64,000 nt of DNA from an uncultured Pseudomonadota bacterium (lineage in GTDB: Bacteria > Desulfobacterota > Binatia > Binatales > Binataceae): NCBI GenBank assembly GCA_963837035.1, contig CAWIMH010000035.1, forward strand, positions 20,319 to 84,318, given 5' to 3'. Positions 52,521 to 63,304 of the stretch are shown piece by piece. The notes under the pieces are model-generated. The model made no database searches, had not been told where the DNA came from, and saw only the letters and a program-made list of their open reading frames with translations. The translations under genes were made by a program, and so were the position numbers. Numbering within the stretch: position 1 is the first letter of the stretch; each line of letters starts with the position of its first letter.

Positions 52521-52992
52521 GCTGGCCTCGGCTGATTCCGCACGCTGATGACCCGCCGCGATATGCGCTAAGCAGGGCGCGCTCTGAATCCAGATTTCGC
52601 ATAGTCGTTCCGGTTAGCCTTCCTGCCCACAGGCTCGATCCTTTCTATTCAATTGATGAGCAACGGCGGTTCCGTTGCGAATATGGCGGAACCGGGACCT
52701 GCTCAGAAATCGCTTCGAATCACTGTGCGGTGCTAGCTACTTGGAGCATCCGCGAAAGGTTGGATTCGCGAAAGATAAAGGATCTCGTCGTGGCACCACA
52801 GTTGCGGTATCAATCGGCCGGCTCGCGTACCCCCGAACGCGACCGGCCTGGTTACGGGTGTCGGCCGGTCTGCTACGTCCCTCGTCCTCCCGTGGCAGTG
52901 CGGGTCGGCGCCAAAAGCTAGGCGCCTCGCTACCGTATCTCTGTCGTCACCTTATCGTCCCTTCCCTCAGTGGAAGATACGACAACTGGGTT

Positions 52993-54420
52993 TCAAAGTT
53001 TCAGAAGCTGTCGATAAAAGTCGATCGCGCCGGATACGTCAACCAGGAAGTTGTGCTCGTTGGGCGCGTGAATCACCCCGGTCGAAGGTCCCGGTCCGAA
53101 AACTACTGGCCGCAGTCCGGCAGCCGCGTAGATTCCCGCCTCCGTACATCCCGCCTTGACCCCAGTCTCGAGCGGAAGGCCAGCCCGGGCCAGCGCCGCC
53201 ATCGCCAACTCGACCGTTTCGCTGTCCAGCGCGCTCCGAAAGCCCGGATTCGCACGCCGCTCATTGAATTCAAGCGTTACTTGAGAAACTGTCAAGGCGT
53301 CCGTGCGACCTGGTGTCGCGCTCGCGGAGCGTTGTGCCTCGACTATCGCGGCAACGCCCGTCCGCACTGCTCCAAGATCGAGCGAAGGCGGCGGCCTCAG
53401 CTCGAATTCCAGGGTCAATGAGTCCGCCGACCCCCGGATCACCCCCGGATTGCAGGTCAGGGTCGGCGCGGCGTAGTCCGGCTCGGCGACGCCCGAGTGG
53501 TCGGCGAACTTCTGCAACTCGCCGACGAAGTGCGCCAGTGCTCTGATCGCCGAGTGTGGAATACCGGTTGTAGAGACAGTTTCACCGGTCTCGACACTGG
53601 TAACGCCGCCAATACCCGCGAAATCGCCGCTGACCACGGCTTCGCATCGCGCTGGCACCTTGTTGACCGCGTCTCCGCCGCTGATCGATGCGACGTAAAT
53701 CTGTGGATTCGCCACCAGCACCGCCAGCGCATCGGTAATCGCGTTGCGGCCCAGCGCGGGCGTGCTCGAATGGGCCGCGCGTCCCGCGAATATGAGCCGG
53801 GCGCCTGCGCGTGCTTCGCGCCGCTCCGGCTCGAACCGCACCGTCAGTTCAAATACCATCAGCCCCTTGTGTGCGGTGATCACCTGTAGGCGCGACGGTT
53901 CGCCGATATATGCCAGTGCGCCGCGCGGCAGCAGCCCTGCCGCCGCGATCTCCTTGGCTCCGACCAGTCCGTGCTCTTCGCCGAAGGAACCGACCAGGTA
54001 GACGTCCCGCCGCGGCGTCCCACATGCTGCCAGGGCCATAACTTTAGCGACAAAATCCAGCTTGGTGTCCGCGGCTCCCAACCCGTAGATTCGATCGTCA
54101 CGAATGGTCGCGCTGAATGGGTCTCCCCCCGTCTCCGTCCACGCCGCAGCATCGCCTGGCGGCACAGTATCGAGATGGGTATTCAGCACCAGCGGCGTGG
54201 CGTTGGTGTCATGACCCTTAATCGTCGCGATCAGGTTCGCCTGCTCTTTGCCCTCGCGCACCGAAGGAATCAGGCGGACTTCGATACCGTGCGGATCGAG
54301 CGGTTTGAGCAGATCGAGTAGATCGCGCGCGCACATCTCCGCGATGGCCCGGGTGCCTTCGCCGGTAACGCTTCGGCATCCGATAAGCCGCTTGCACCAC
54401 GAAAGCACTCTTGCGTCCAT
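52993..54420 (-). CDS. M20 family metallopeptidase / deacylase (ArgE/DapE-like)
   Basis: 475 aa; HLDTVP, GAADTKLD, SFGEEHG metal-ligand motifs typical of M20. Confidence 0.8.
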   Translation of the reverse strand: MDARVLSWCKRLIGCRSVTGEGTRAIAEMCARDLLDLLKPLDPHGIEVRLIPSVREGKEQANLIATIKGHDTNATPLVLNTHLDTVPPGDAAAWTETGGDPFSATIRDDRIYGLGAADTKLDFVAKVMALAACGTPRRDVYLVGSFGEEHGLVGAKEIAAAGLLPRGALAYIGEPSRLQVITAHKGLMVFELTVRFEPERREARAGARLIFAGRAAHSSTPALGRNAITDALAVLVANPQIYVASISGGDAVNKVPARCEAVVSGDFAGIGGVTSVETGETVSTTGIPHSAIRALAHFVGELQKFADHSGVAEPDYAAPTLTCNPGVIRGSADSLTLEFELRPPPSLDLGAVRTGVAAIVEAQRSASATPGRTDALTVSQVTLEFNERRANPGFRSALDSETVELAMAALARAGLPLETGVKAGCTEAGIYAAAGLRPVVFGPGPSTGVIHAPNEHNFLVDVSGAIDFYRQLLKL

Positions 54421-54487
54421 GCGCTCGCTCCGTGCGGACAGCCTGCGCGACCCGCCCTACGATTATAGAGTAGTGCGCCGGTGCGAA

Positions 54488-55195
54488 TCAGCCGGACTTC
54501 CGCGCCAAATGGATCGCGACCGTGCCGAAGCCGGCGAGCCTGTAGCTGACTGCGGAAAACCCCGCCTTACGCATCATTTCGCACAGGCTGGCGGCGTCGG
54601 GATGAATACTGAGCGACTGGAACAGATAGCGGTAAGCACTGTAGTTGCGGCCGACGACCACTCCGAGCATTGGCACGACGGTAGCGATATAGAGGTCGAA
54701 GAACCGGCGCATCGGACCGCGAGGCGGGGTGAGATCGAGGCATGCGAGCCGTCCTCCGGGTTTGAGCACTCGGCAAAGTTCGGCGAAGGTGGCGCTCAGG
54801 TCGGCTACGTTGCGTAACATAAAGCCGTTGACGATAAAGTCGAAAGTGGCATCGGCGAACGGCAGCCGCATCGCGTCACCGGCGGCGAACCGCACTCGCG
54901 CCTGGCTCCGAGACGACCTGGTCTTGCGCACCGCGCGCTCAACCATCTCGACGCAAAAATCCGCCGCGATTACCGTTCGCGCGTCCTGACGGACCATCTC
55001 GAAGGCGAGTTCACCAGTGCCGGTGGCGATATCCAGTCCGACGCCGCCGCGCGGCTCGGCCATCGCGACGGTCTGACGGCGCCACCGCCGATCAAGACCC
55101 AGCGTCATCAGGGTATTGATAGTGTCGTAGCGCGGCACGATCGAGGCGAACATGTCGCGGATTCTCTGCGCCTTGGTATTGTCGCCAACGTTCAT
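54488..55195 (-). CDS. ubiE: ubiquinone/menaquinone biosynthesis C-methyltransferase UbiE/MenG
   Basis: IRDMFASIVPRYDTINTLMTLGLDRRWRR N-terminal signature; SAM motif LDIATGTG; VLKPGGRL. Confidence 0.85.
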   Translation of the reverse strand: MNVGDNTKAQRIRDMFASIVPRYDTINTLMTLGLDRRWRRQTVAMAEPRGGVGLDIATGTGELAFEMVRQDARTVIAADFCVEMVERAVRKTRSSRSQARVRFAAGDAMRLPFADATFDFIVNGFMLRNVADLSATFAELCRVLKPGGRLACLDLTPPRGPMRRFFDLYIATVVPMLGVVVGRNYSAYRYLFQSLSIHPDAASLCEMMRKAGFSAVSYRLAGFGTVAIHLARKSG

Positions 55196-55325
55196 TCGTT
55201 GGGCTTCATTATAGAGGTAAGCAGGGCGCGCCGAGCATCATCCGCACTCCGCCAGGAATGCGCTAGGGTAGTTACCGGCATTGGTAGCAAAGAAGTCGCG
55301 CAGTACTCGAAAACGAGGTGAGCAC

Positions 55326-55784
55326 ATGGAACAAGGACCTGAGCCGTTTCGCAAGCCAACCGCAGTTGAAAGAGTGTTCAACCGGGTCTTCGGCATTGTT
55401 GTCGGCTTGGGAATAGGGCACGAGCACAACTATGTGCTCGAAGTGCGCGGGCGCAAGAGCGGGCGCATCTACTCGACTCCCGTCAATTGGATCGAAGTGA
55501 GTGGTCGCCGTTACCTGATATGTCCGCGCGGGCGAGCTCAATGGGTGCGAAATGTGGAGGCGAGCGGCGACGTCACATTGAAAAGAGGGTCCAAGCAAAT
55601 CAGGTGCAAGCTGCGTGCGGTTGGCGATGCAGAAAAACCTGAGCTCCTGAAGGCTTACCTCGATCGTTTCAAGACCGTCGTACAGCGCTATTTTCCGGTT
55701 CCCGCGGGATCGCCCGCCGCCGCATTCCAGCCCTATCTGGACCGCTATCCGGTTTTCAAAATCGAGACGCCGGATGGCGTTTAG
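55326..55784 (+). CDS. nitroreductase-family deazaflavin (F420)-dependent oxidoreductase-like protein (DUF385)
   Basis: [12 protein letters not shown]...[27 protein letters not shown] pattern typical of the DUF385/Ddn family; GAGGTGA SD before ATG 55326. Confidence 0.55.
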   Translation: MEQGPEPFRKPTAVERVFNRVFGIVVGLGIGHEHNYVLEVRGRKSGRIYSTPVNWIEVSGRRYLICPRGRAQWVRNVEASGDVTLKRGSKQIRCKLRAVGDAEKPELLKAYLDRFKTVVQRYFPVPAGSPAAAFQPYLDRYPVFKIETPDGV

Positions 55785-56539
55785 CCTCGGCCGATGAAGG
55801 GCATCTTGGTCGCCATCACGGTCATGAATTCAACGTTAGCGTCCAAGGGCAGGCTCGCCATGTATAGGACAGCGCGCGCGACGTGCTGCGAATCCATCGT
55901 CGGCTCGACCGCAATCGATCCATTGGCCTGCGGCACACCCTGGCTCATTCTAGCGGTCAACTCGGTTGCGGCGTTGCCGATGTCGATTTGACCGCAAGCG
56001 ATATCGTACTTGCGCCCATCAAGCGAGGTGGATTTGGTAAGTCCGGTCAAGGCGTGCTTGGTGGCAGTGTAGGGCGCCGAGTTGGGACGCGGAGTATGGG
56101 CCGAAATCGATCCGTTGTTGATGATTCTCCCGCCGCGAGGATCCTGGCTCTTCATGATGCGGAAGGCCTCCTGGGTGCACAGAAATACTCCGGTCAGGTT
56201 GGTATCAACGACCTTCTTCCATTGGTCGTAAGTCAGGTCCTCGAGCAGTTTAGGCGCGCCTCCGATACCGGCATTGTTAAACAGCAGGTCGAGCCGGCCG
56301 AAGATCTCCTTCGTTCGACCGAACAGCGCGGCGACGGCGGCCGGATCGGCGACATCGGTGGGTACGACCAGAGTCCGTGAAGCGTGAGGAGGCGAGGCGG
56401 CGGCGGTCGCATCGAGCATCTCCTTGCGGCGCCCGGCCAGAACCACCGAATATCCATCGGCTAACAAGGCGATGGCGACCTGCTTACCGATTCCGGAGCC
56501 GGCGCCCGTTACGATCGCTACTTTGCCAGGTGAGCTCAT
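55781..56539 (-). CDS. SDR family oxidoreductase
   Basis: TGAGSGIG Rossmann motif, NNAG, catalytic Y-x3-K (YTATK). Confidence 0.88.
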   Translation of the reverse strand: MSSPGKVAIVTGAGSGIGKQVAIALLADGYSVVLAGRRKEMLDATAAASPPHASRTLVVPTDVADPAAVAALFGRTKEIFGRLDLLFNNAGIGGAPKLLEDLTYDQWKKVVDTNLTGVFLCTQEAFRIMKSQDPRGGRIINNGSISAHTPRPNSAPYTATKHALTGLTKSTSLDGRKYDIACGQIDIGNAATELTARMSQGVPQANGSIAVEPTMDSQHVARAVLYMASLPLDANVEFMTVMATKMPFIGRG

Positions 56540-56648
56540 CTATCGATCTCCTCCCATGCAAATCGATATAACCCGGAGTCATGGGTGATGTCGTGTGCCC
56601 GCGATTCTGCCGATTGCCCGCAAAACTCCGAATAATGGCGAGATTATC

Positions 56649-57821
56649 ATGAGCAAGCTTCCGCTTTCCCGCTTCAGAGTCATCGATCTTACCCGTGCGC
56701 GGTCCGGTCCGACGGCCGTGCGCCAACTGGCCGATTGGGGCGCAGATGTGCTCAAGGTCGAGGCACCCGGCAACGACCCCAACGAGGTGGGAGCGCGCTA
56801 CAGTCCCGACTTCCAGAACCTGCATCGTAGCAAACAGAGCTTGACGCTTGACCTCAAGGATCCGGAAGGTGTCGAAATTCTCAAACGGCTGGTGGCGCGT
56901 GCCGACGTCCTCGTCGAGAACTACAGGCCTGATGTCAAGCATCGACTCGGCATCGACTACGAGCGCATGCGCGCCATCAACCCGCGGCTGGTCTACGCGA
57001 GTATCTCCGGCTTCGGTCAGGACGGTCCCTACCGGGAGCGGCCCGGGCTGGATCAAATCGCGCAAGGGATGGGCGGGCTGATGTCGATCACCGGGCTGCC
57101 CGGTCAAGGTCCGGTGCGCGTCGGGGTGGCGATCGCCGACCTCACTGCTGGAGTGTTCTGCGCGATGGGCATCCTGATCGCGCTACTCGAACGCGAAGAA
57201 TCGGGCGAGGGACAGTGGGTGCAATCCTCGCTCCTGGGTGCGCAGATCGCGATGCTCGATTTCCAGGCCGCCCGCTGGCTAATCGCCAAGGAGGTGCCGG
57301 AACAGGCCGGCAACAACCATCCCACGGCGATCCCGACGGGGGTTTTCGCGACCGCGGATGGGCACATCAATATCGCGGGTTCGGGCGGGGAGCTATTCGC
57401 GCGCCTGTGCAAGACACTCGGGGCCGAACACTTAATGAGTGATCCGGCATATTCGAGCGGGAAGGCCCGGCTGCGCAACCGCGATCAGCTCAACGCACAA
57501 ATCGATGCGATAACCCGCACCAAAACCTCCGCCGAATGGATCGATCTGCTCAACGGCGCCGGGGTGCCGTGCGGTCCAATTTATCGAATCGACGAGGTCT
57601 TTTCCGATCCACAGGTGCGCCACATGGGGATCGCGCGCGCGGTCGAGCATCCAAAGCGTGGCCGGCAGGAACTGGTCGGCCAAGCCGTCGAGTTGAGTAG
57701 AACGCCGTGGGCCCTGCGCTGGTCGGCGCCGGAGAAAGGAGAACATACCGACGCTGTCCTGCGCACGCTGGGCTACGACGACGACGCTATCGCTCGGTTG
57801 CACGCCAAGGGTGTGGTTTGA
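56649..57821 (+). CDS. CoA-transferase family III (CaiB/BaiF) protein
   Basis: RVIDLTRARSGPTAVRQLADWGADVLKVE N-terminal signature and the catalytic Asp region. Confidence 0.85.
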   Translation: MSKLPLSRFRVIDLTRARSGPTAVRQLADWGADVLKVEAPGNDPNEVGARYSPDFQNLHRSKQSLTLDLKDPEGVEILKRLVARADVLVENYRPDVKHRLGIDYERMRAINPRLVYASISGFGQDGPYRERPGLDQIAQGMGGLMSITGLPGQGPVRVGVAIADLTAGVFCAMGILIALLEREESGEGQWVQSSLLGAQIAMLDFQAARWLIAKEVPEQAGNNHPTAIPTGVFATADGHINIAGSGGELFARLCKTLGAEHLMSDPAYSSGKARLRNRDQLNAQIDAITRTKTSAEWIDLLNGAGVPCGPIYRIDEVFSDPQVRHMGIARAVEHPKRGRQELVGQAVELSRTPWALRWSAPEKGEHTDAVLRTLGYDDDAIARLHAKGVV

Positions 57822-57969
57822 CGTCGTACCGTACACGACAATCCCAGCTTCAAGTGACGAATCAATCGCGTACGCATAGATGTTTTGCCTTCCTCTTCTT
57901 TCACCTCCGGGCTTGTGCTGACGGCACATGCCAAGTTAATCAAAGAGCGATGGCGGCGCCGTCCCTCAG

Positions 57970-59019
57970 GTGAAAATCTCGCTGCGTAATTTCCTGCCGG
58001 TTGTGGGCATGGTCGGCGCGATAGTGCTTACGGTTGTGGGCTGGCGCTACTACGACTACTTCGAGCGCCACGTTTCGACCGAGGACGCGTATGTTGATGG
58101 GTCGGTGGCCGTGGTTGCGCCGTCGATAGTCGGCACCATCGCAAAAGTTATGGTTGAGGACAATCAGCAGGTCCGGCGAGGAGACCTGTTGATAGCACTC
58201 GACCCGCAGGACTATCAGGCGCGGGTCGAGCAAGCACAAATCGACCTGGAACGCGCGAACGAATCGACAAATCCGTTGGGGCAATTGGAAGCCGCCGACG
58301 CCGCGCTGAAGCTTGCAGGGTCACAGCTCGGAGAAGCCCGGCTCGACTTCCAGCGCGCGCGCACGATGCGCATGAAGAGCGCAGCGTCGCGGGAGTACTA
58401 CGATCAGGCGGCCGCGGTCCTGCGATTGGCGCTGGCCGACTTGGCGCTCGCCCAGCGCCAGGTGCAGAGTGCTCGAGCGGACCTCGATCACGGCTCGGAA
58501 GGTCATTCGCCTGACGATTTCGCGGTGGTCCGCCGGGCGCAGGCGGCCTTGGACCGGGCGCGCGTCGATCTCAGCCAGACCCAGATCAAGGCGGCGATAG
58601 CAGGGACGGTCGTGCGCAAGAATGCGCTGGTCGGCGATCACGTCCATCCCGGCGAAGCGTTGATGGCGATAATTCCAGTCGACCGCCTTTACGTCACGGC
58701 TAACTTCAAGGAGACGCAACTTACAGGCGTGCGCTTGGGGCAGCCCGCCCGCATCACGGCCGACCTCTACCCGGGTTATGTGTACCGTGGCCGCGTCTCT
58801 TCGATCAGCGCCGGCACCGCTGCGGCATTCTCGGTACTTCCGCCTGAAAACGCCACCGGCAATTGGATCAAGGTCGTGCAACGCGTGCCGGTCAAGATTA
58901 CGCTCGACCAGTCGCCGCCGCCCGATCGGATGCTGCGGCTGGGATTATCGGTCGAAGTGACGGTGGAGACCGACTCGACCGGCGACGTACCCGCCCCGAC
59001 AACCGCGCCGCGTTCCTAA
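57970..59019 (+). CDS. emrA: HlyD/EmrA-family efflux periplasmic adaptor
   Basis: N-terminal TM anchor, coiled-coil, biotinyl-lipoyl-like and beta-barrel segments; immediately precedes an EmrB-type pump. Confidence 0.85.
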   Translation: MKISLRNFLPVVGMVGAIVLTVVGWRYYDYFERHVSTEDAYVDGSVAVVAPSIVGTIAKVMVEDNQQVRRGDLLIALDPQDYQARVEQAQIDLERANESTNPLGQLEAADAALKLAGSQLGEARLDFQRARTMRMKSAASREYYDQAAAVLRLALADLALAQRQVQSARADLDHGSEGHSPDDFAVVRRAQAALDRARVDLSQTQIKAAIAGTVVRKNALVGDHVHPGEALMAIIPVDRLYVTANFKETQLTGVRLGQPARITADLYPGYVYRGRVSSISAGTAAAFSVLPPENATGNWIKVVQRVPVKITLDQSPPPDRMLRLGLSVEVTVETDSTGDVPAPTTAPRS

Positions 59020-59028
59020 CCGAAATTC

Positions 59029-60645
59029 ATGGAAGCATCCGAAGGCGCCGGCGCAGCGATCGCCTCGACGGTTCATCAAGCGGCGACGCAAATCGCGGAA
59101 GCCGGCAAATGGGTGGTCGCGGCATCGGTACTTTTGGGGTCTTTCGTTTCGGTCATGGACTCGACCATCGTTAACGTCTCGATGCCGCACATGATGGGCT
59201 CCTTCGGTACGGATCTGATCGACATCACCTGGGTTTCCACTGCGTACAGCATCGCCCAGATCATCATGATCACGATGGCGGCATGGTGGAGCGCGCTGCT
59301 GGGGCGCAAGCGGCTGTACCTTTTTTCGATGGCATTGTTCCTGGCGGGCTCGGTGCTCGCCGGACTGTCGCAAACGCTGACCCAGATGATTGTGTTTCGT
59401 GTGATCCAGGGAATCGGCGGTGGCAGCCTGATGCCGGTTTCGCAGGCGATCGTGCGGGAGAAGTTTCCGCCGGAGGAGCAGGCGGTCGCGATGTCGCTCT
59501 ATGCAATGGGTGTGATTCTGGCGCCCGCGATCGGTCCGGTGATCGGCGGGTTGATCGTCGATTCGATGGGCTGGCCTTGGGTTTTCTACGTAAATGTACC
59601 GTTCTGCATCATCGGGATGATGATGGTCAGTTCGTTCGTGCAGGATCCGCCCTACCTCAAGCGTGGCCTGCGGAAAATCGATTGGGGTGGACTGATTTTG
59701 CTCGGCGTCGGCATCATCACGCTGCAGATCGTCCTCGAACGGGGCGAAAAGCTGGACTGGTTCGCGTCGAACTGGATTATCGCCGGCGCGATCATAGCAG
59801 TCCTGTCGCTCGCGGCGCTGGTGGCGTGGGAGATGCGCGTTGAAGAACCGATCGCCAATTTCAGGTTGTTCGCCAACCGCCCGTTGGCGGTCGGCGCGAT
59901 CTACATCGCGATCATCAGTTTCGCCCTCTTCGGTTCGACCTTCATCTTGCCGCAGTACACGGAAACCCTGTTGGGCTATACCGCCTACCAGACCGGGATG
60001 GTGATGGTGCCGCGTTCGATCGCGATGTTCCTGATGATGCCGCTGAGCGGGTTTGTATATAACTACTGCGATACCAGGCTCCAGGTGACGGGTGCGCTCG
60101 CTGCTATGTTCGCTTCGTTCTGGATGATGAGCCGTTTCGCCCTGAACGTCGGCTACTGGGACTTTCTCGCGTGCACCACGCTGATGGGCATCGGGATCGC
60201 CAATTCGAACGTGGTCATATCGACGATGTCGCTGAGCACGATACCGCGCCCACAAATGACGCAGGCGTCGAGCCTGTACACGCTTTCTCAGCGGGTTTCC
60301 GGCAACCTCGCGTACGCGGTGTTGGCGACGATGCTCGCCCGCGGCACGCAGGTTCGCCGTTCCTATCTGATTCACAACCTGTCGTTCCTGAACGAGCCGT
60401 ACCTCCGGATGCACGCCGGGCTGACTGCGCGTCTCCTGCGGCGCGCCGGCAGCGGAATGACCCCGCACATGACCGTCGACGTGGCGAAGCATCATGCGAC
60501 CATGATGGTCAACCATATGGTCAACGCTCATGCCACGATGCTCGCGTACAACGACATCTATTGGTTTCTTCTCAAGATGCTGTCGGTGGCGCTGATCGTG
60601 CTTTGGGTCGCACCGAGCAAGGCGTTTCCCAAAGGTGTGAGGTAG
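59029..60645 (+). CDS. emrB: DHA2-family MFS drug efflux pump (EmrB/QacA, 14 TMS)
   Basis: 538 aa; ASVLLGSFVSVMDSTIVNVSMPHMMG and GIGGGSLMP motifs. Confidence 0.9.
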   Translation: MEASEGAGAAIASTVHQAATQIAEAGKWVVAASVLLGSFVSVMDSTIVNVSMPHMMGSFGTDLIDITWVSTAYSIAQIIMITMAAWWSALLGRKRLYLFSMALFLAGSVLAGLSQTLTQMIVFRVIQGIGGGSLMPVSQAIVREKFPPEEQAVAMSLYAMGVILAPAIGPVIGGLIVDSMGWPWVFYVNVPFCIIGMMMVSSFVQDPPYLKRGLRKIDWGGLILLGVGIITLQIVLERGEKLDWFASNWIIAGAIIAVLSLAALVAWEMRVEEPIANFRLFANRPLAVGAIYIAIISFALFGSTFILPQYTETLLGYTAYQTGMVMVPRSIAMFLMMPLSGFVYNYCDTRLQVTGALAAMFASFWMMSRFALNVGYWDFLACTTLMGIGIANSNVVISTMSLSTIPRPQMTQASSLYTLSQRVSGNLAYAVLATMLARGTQVRRSYLIHNLSFLNEPYLRMHAGLTARLLRRAGSGMTPHMTVDVAKHHATMMVNHMVNAHATMLAYNDIYWFLLKMLSVALIVLWVAPSKAFPKGVR

Positions 60646-60969
60646 CGCCGATTCCGATCTCTCCAGGTGCCGAGGTTGGACTCGAACCCGCATGTCCCTG
60701 CTCAAGCGCTTCGAATAAGAAGCGTCGCGCCGCGAAGCCTCTCCTTCAACGCGTAGAGCTTGCCATCAGCTGGTTGCACCTTGCCGAAAGCAACACAATT
60801 GCAACGACAAAGATTGTCCAAAGACATGGGGCCGTAATGATGCGGGTTGTCGGCCAGCGCCCGTTCAGCCAAATTAGGGGAAGAAGATACTTCGCTCACC
60901 AAGCCTGCTGGTCGCGACGTGACAGGTTGGCGCTTTGATTGCATTGCGATCTAACTGAGAACTACACAA

Positions 60970-61254
60970 ATGGGTAAAATCGTCAATTTAACAAAGGGCC
61001 ATCCAGTGATCGCTCAGGCGACACGTTGGGAAATTTACAAGAGTCGGATTCGGGAAGCGGTAATTATGACGCTCGACTTTTTACGCATACCCGCTCCCCT
61101 GAGAACTGTAGAAATCGATGATCCTGTTACAGGCGACGTAATTCGCATTCGCGCGACAGGGCTCTTTACGACGATCACAATCAATGGTCGAGACTATTAT
61201 TTTGATAGGTTGACAGGCCGGTTCGACGGAACCGGCCTGGGTTGCGATGCGTGA
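60970..61254 (+). CDS. hypothetical protein (94 aa) in lower-GC region
   Basis: ORF at the start of the right-hand accessory region; no domain recognised. Confidence 0.3.
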   Translation: MGKIVNLTKGHPVIAQATRWEIYKSRIREAVIMTLDFLRIPAPLRTVEIDDPVTGDVIRIRATGLFTTITINGRDYYFDRLTGRFDGTGLGCDA

Positions 61255-61256
61255 CC

Positions 61257-61541
61257 CTAGCCCACTTTCTGATTACAGATCGGGTGGAGTTCGGCGATCA
61301 GCCTTTTTTCTTCGTTGTCAGCATCAGTCGTGACAACGGCCACGTAATGCGTAGGCTGATTACGCGTGATACATGGATTTTCGCCATTCAGATGCGAGAG
61401 CAGTCTGGTTCGGATATCGCCTTTCCCGACGTAAATCCAAGCTCCGTTCCGGTAAATCCCGTAGCATCCATACTGGTTGGGATTGAGAATTTCGATACCA
61501 GCACGGTTGAATGACCGCGTTGGTTGTTCTGGAAATGGCAT
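61257..61541 (-). CDS. GIY-YIG nuclease-domain protein (94 aa)
   Basis: YGCYGIYRNGAWIYVGKG... contains the GIY and YVG signature elements; the downstream R and E/N residues fit the GIY-YIG catalytic core. Confidence 0.6.
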   Translation of the reverse strand: MPFPEQPTRSFNRAGIEILNPNQYGCYGIYRNGAWIYVGKGDIRTRLLSHLNGENPCITRNQPTHYVAVVTTDADNEEKRLIAELHPICNQKVG

Positions 61542-61781
61542 AATGTACCTCTTAAATGTTTTAATTGCTTGAGCCCTAGGACCGGGGGCCGAAGCCCCCC
61601 CAAACTCTCCTCCCGATGGGTTTGCTGAACCACATACACAAAAGCCCTTTCGGAGCGGATTGGCCGTCTGCTCCTCCGGGGCTTGTCAGTCTGTTCGTGA
61701 TGTTCTAGCTTGTACCATGCTACTTGGTAGGCTAGACTTAGGGATGGTATCGGACTGACAAGCCAGTTAGTTGGACCATCA

Positions 61782-61815
61782 GCGGATCAGTGGTGGTGAC
61801 TCACCACTGATCCGC
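61782..61815. repeat. 14-bp perfect inverted repeat (GCGGATCAGTGGTG / CACCACTGATCCGC) with a 6-bp spacer
   Basis: perfect reverse complementarity seen directly in the sequence; lies just 3' of the wHTH gene and upstream of the GIY-YIG gene. Confidence 0.8.
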
Positions 61816-61827
61816 AACATCAAAAAC

Positions 61828-62277
61828 TCATTCTAGGCTCTCCATAGTGTCCTCTTCGACCGGTGTTCCAATCACGTAGCGCCCCCGACTTTCCCGTTTC
61901 AAACTGCCGCTTTCAGTAAGCTTCACAAAAGCCCATCGCACGCTGGGCTCCGGCACGCCGGTTCCAGCCACCACGCTTTTGGCATCTTGCGCAGCCCCCT
62001 GTTCAAAGACGTAGCGATACACTTTCTGTAAAACTGTGCTGGCCGAATGATTCCCATTTCCGTTCATCGGAACGGCAGTAGTCACCGACACGCTAGGCTT
62101 TGCGGGGTGCGCGGCTTTAGTCCGCTTTTCACCGTTTAGGCGGGAGATTGCCATCTCCACGGTAGTCTGAATCCGCATGAGGGCATCGAGCGTGATTTTG
62201 CGATCACGATCAATGAACTCCTGGGCGGCCTCTTTCACGGCGCTCTTGAACAGCTTATCAAGGCCTCGGCGATCCAT
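61828..62277 (-). CDS. hypothetical protein with a C-terminal winged-helix-like segment (possible DNA-binding regulator)
   Basis: 149 aa; the C-terminal VKLTESGSLKRESRGRYV resembles the wing and recognition-helix region of wHTH regulators; low confidence. Confidence 0.4.
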   Translation of the reverse strand: MDRRGLDKLFKSAVKEAAQEFIDRDRKITLDALMRIQTTVEMAISRLNGEKRTKAAHPAKPSVSVTTAVPMNGNGNHSASTVLQKVYRYVFEQGAAQDAKSVVAGTGVPEPSVRWAFVKLTESGSLKRESRGRYVIGTPVEEDTMESLE

Positions 62278-62716
62278 GACTTAATAATGCCGCCAACATG
62301 AGAGATCAGCAAGTGTGTCGTTGGCTGGTCTCTGTTATTCCAATGTTGGTGTTTTCCGCGAACGGCGACGATGCTTGCTGTGGGATTTGCCCATCACGCT
62401 TGGTGCGTCAAACATATCAATGCCCAACTACCAGAATTAAACCGGCGTTGACCTTGTAGCGTGCTGACCGCTATGCCGCTTGCTTTCGCCAAAGCGTAGC
62501 GGGACCCGAACTCCGCAACCAGCTCTTCGAGACGTGGCGAAAAATGCGACTCCGAATCCAGCTCCTGACCGCGCCCGGATATTTTCTTGTTGATGGTTTC
62601 GCCAAACTAGAGTGCGTAACACCGTATGATCCCGTATATTGTACTAGGAGCCGCCTGGAAAACGGGCCCGCAAGCTCTAGCCGAGAATTACCCCAGAAAT
62701 AGCCGAGAAATAAGCA

Positions 62717-63304
62717 ATGTCGACGCGAAATCCGGACGGACGCTTCCGCAATCTCAACCAACCGATCGTGCTCTCCTCAGAAATGCTGCGCGCGCAGTGG
62801 GTTGAAATTGAGGCGATGCGCCTCAAACGAGACGGCCTTAGCTACGAGGCGGTGGCGCAGTCTATTACGCAGGTCGGGCGCGGGCTGCAGCCGCCGGTGA
62901 CACCGCTGCTGGACGGCATACACTTTCCGCCCGATTATAAGATCAGCGCAACGGCCTGCCATAAAGCCGTGCGGAGAGCGCTTCGGCGATCTCCCGCTTT
63001 GGAAGCGTACGAGATGAGACGCCTTGATACCGAACGGTGCGAGGAGCTGTACCACTGCCTGACGGCCGGCATTCAGCAGGGCGATCCGCAAAGCACGCGA
63101 GCCGCGGTTAGCGTTCTCGCCCATAAAGCCGCGATCAACGGTTACAAGTCGGGCGAGGTCAGGGTTGCGCCTCGACCTGGACCGAAACCGCTGCCGCTAT
63201 TCCTTGAGCCGTACAAAGCGATGATGGCGCTCCTGCGTGAAGCCGACCGGCCAGAGTTGGATTTGCAACCAGCCGGTGATGCGGACGATCCAGCTCTTCC
63301 ATAA
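62717..63304 (+). CDS. hypothetical protein (195 aa), divergent from the wHTH gene, followed by iteron-like repeats
   Basis: clean ORF; no motif recognised; its stop codon lies inside the first copy of the 17-bp repeat. Confidence 0.4.
   Translation: MSTRNPDGRFRNLNQPIVLSSEMLRAQWVEIEAMRLKRDGLSYEAVAQSITQVGRGLQPPVTPLLDGIHFPPDYKISATACHKAVRRALRRSPALEAYEMRRLDTERCEELYHCLTAGIQQGDPQSTRAAVSVLAHKAAINGYKSGEVRVAPRPGPKPLPLFLEPYKAMMALLREADRPELDLQPAGDADDPALP

Noticed and set aside
60668-60700. T-loop-like motif (GGTTCGAGTCC on the minus strand) at the boundary of the right-hand accessory region; a possible tRNA 3'-end remnant or att site
   Set aside because: The flanking sequence does not fold into a convincing T-stem or acceptor stem (3 of 5 T-stem pairs), and it does not match the tRNA-Trp 3' end present in the window. 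It is most likely coincidental
61575-61600. GGGGGC-CGAA-GCCCCC hairpin (UUCG tetraloop on the minus strand)
   Set aside because: A very stable small hairpin, but not followed by a U-tract on either strand and not associated with a gene end, so it was not called as a terminator
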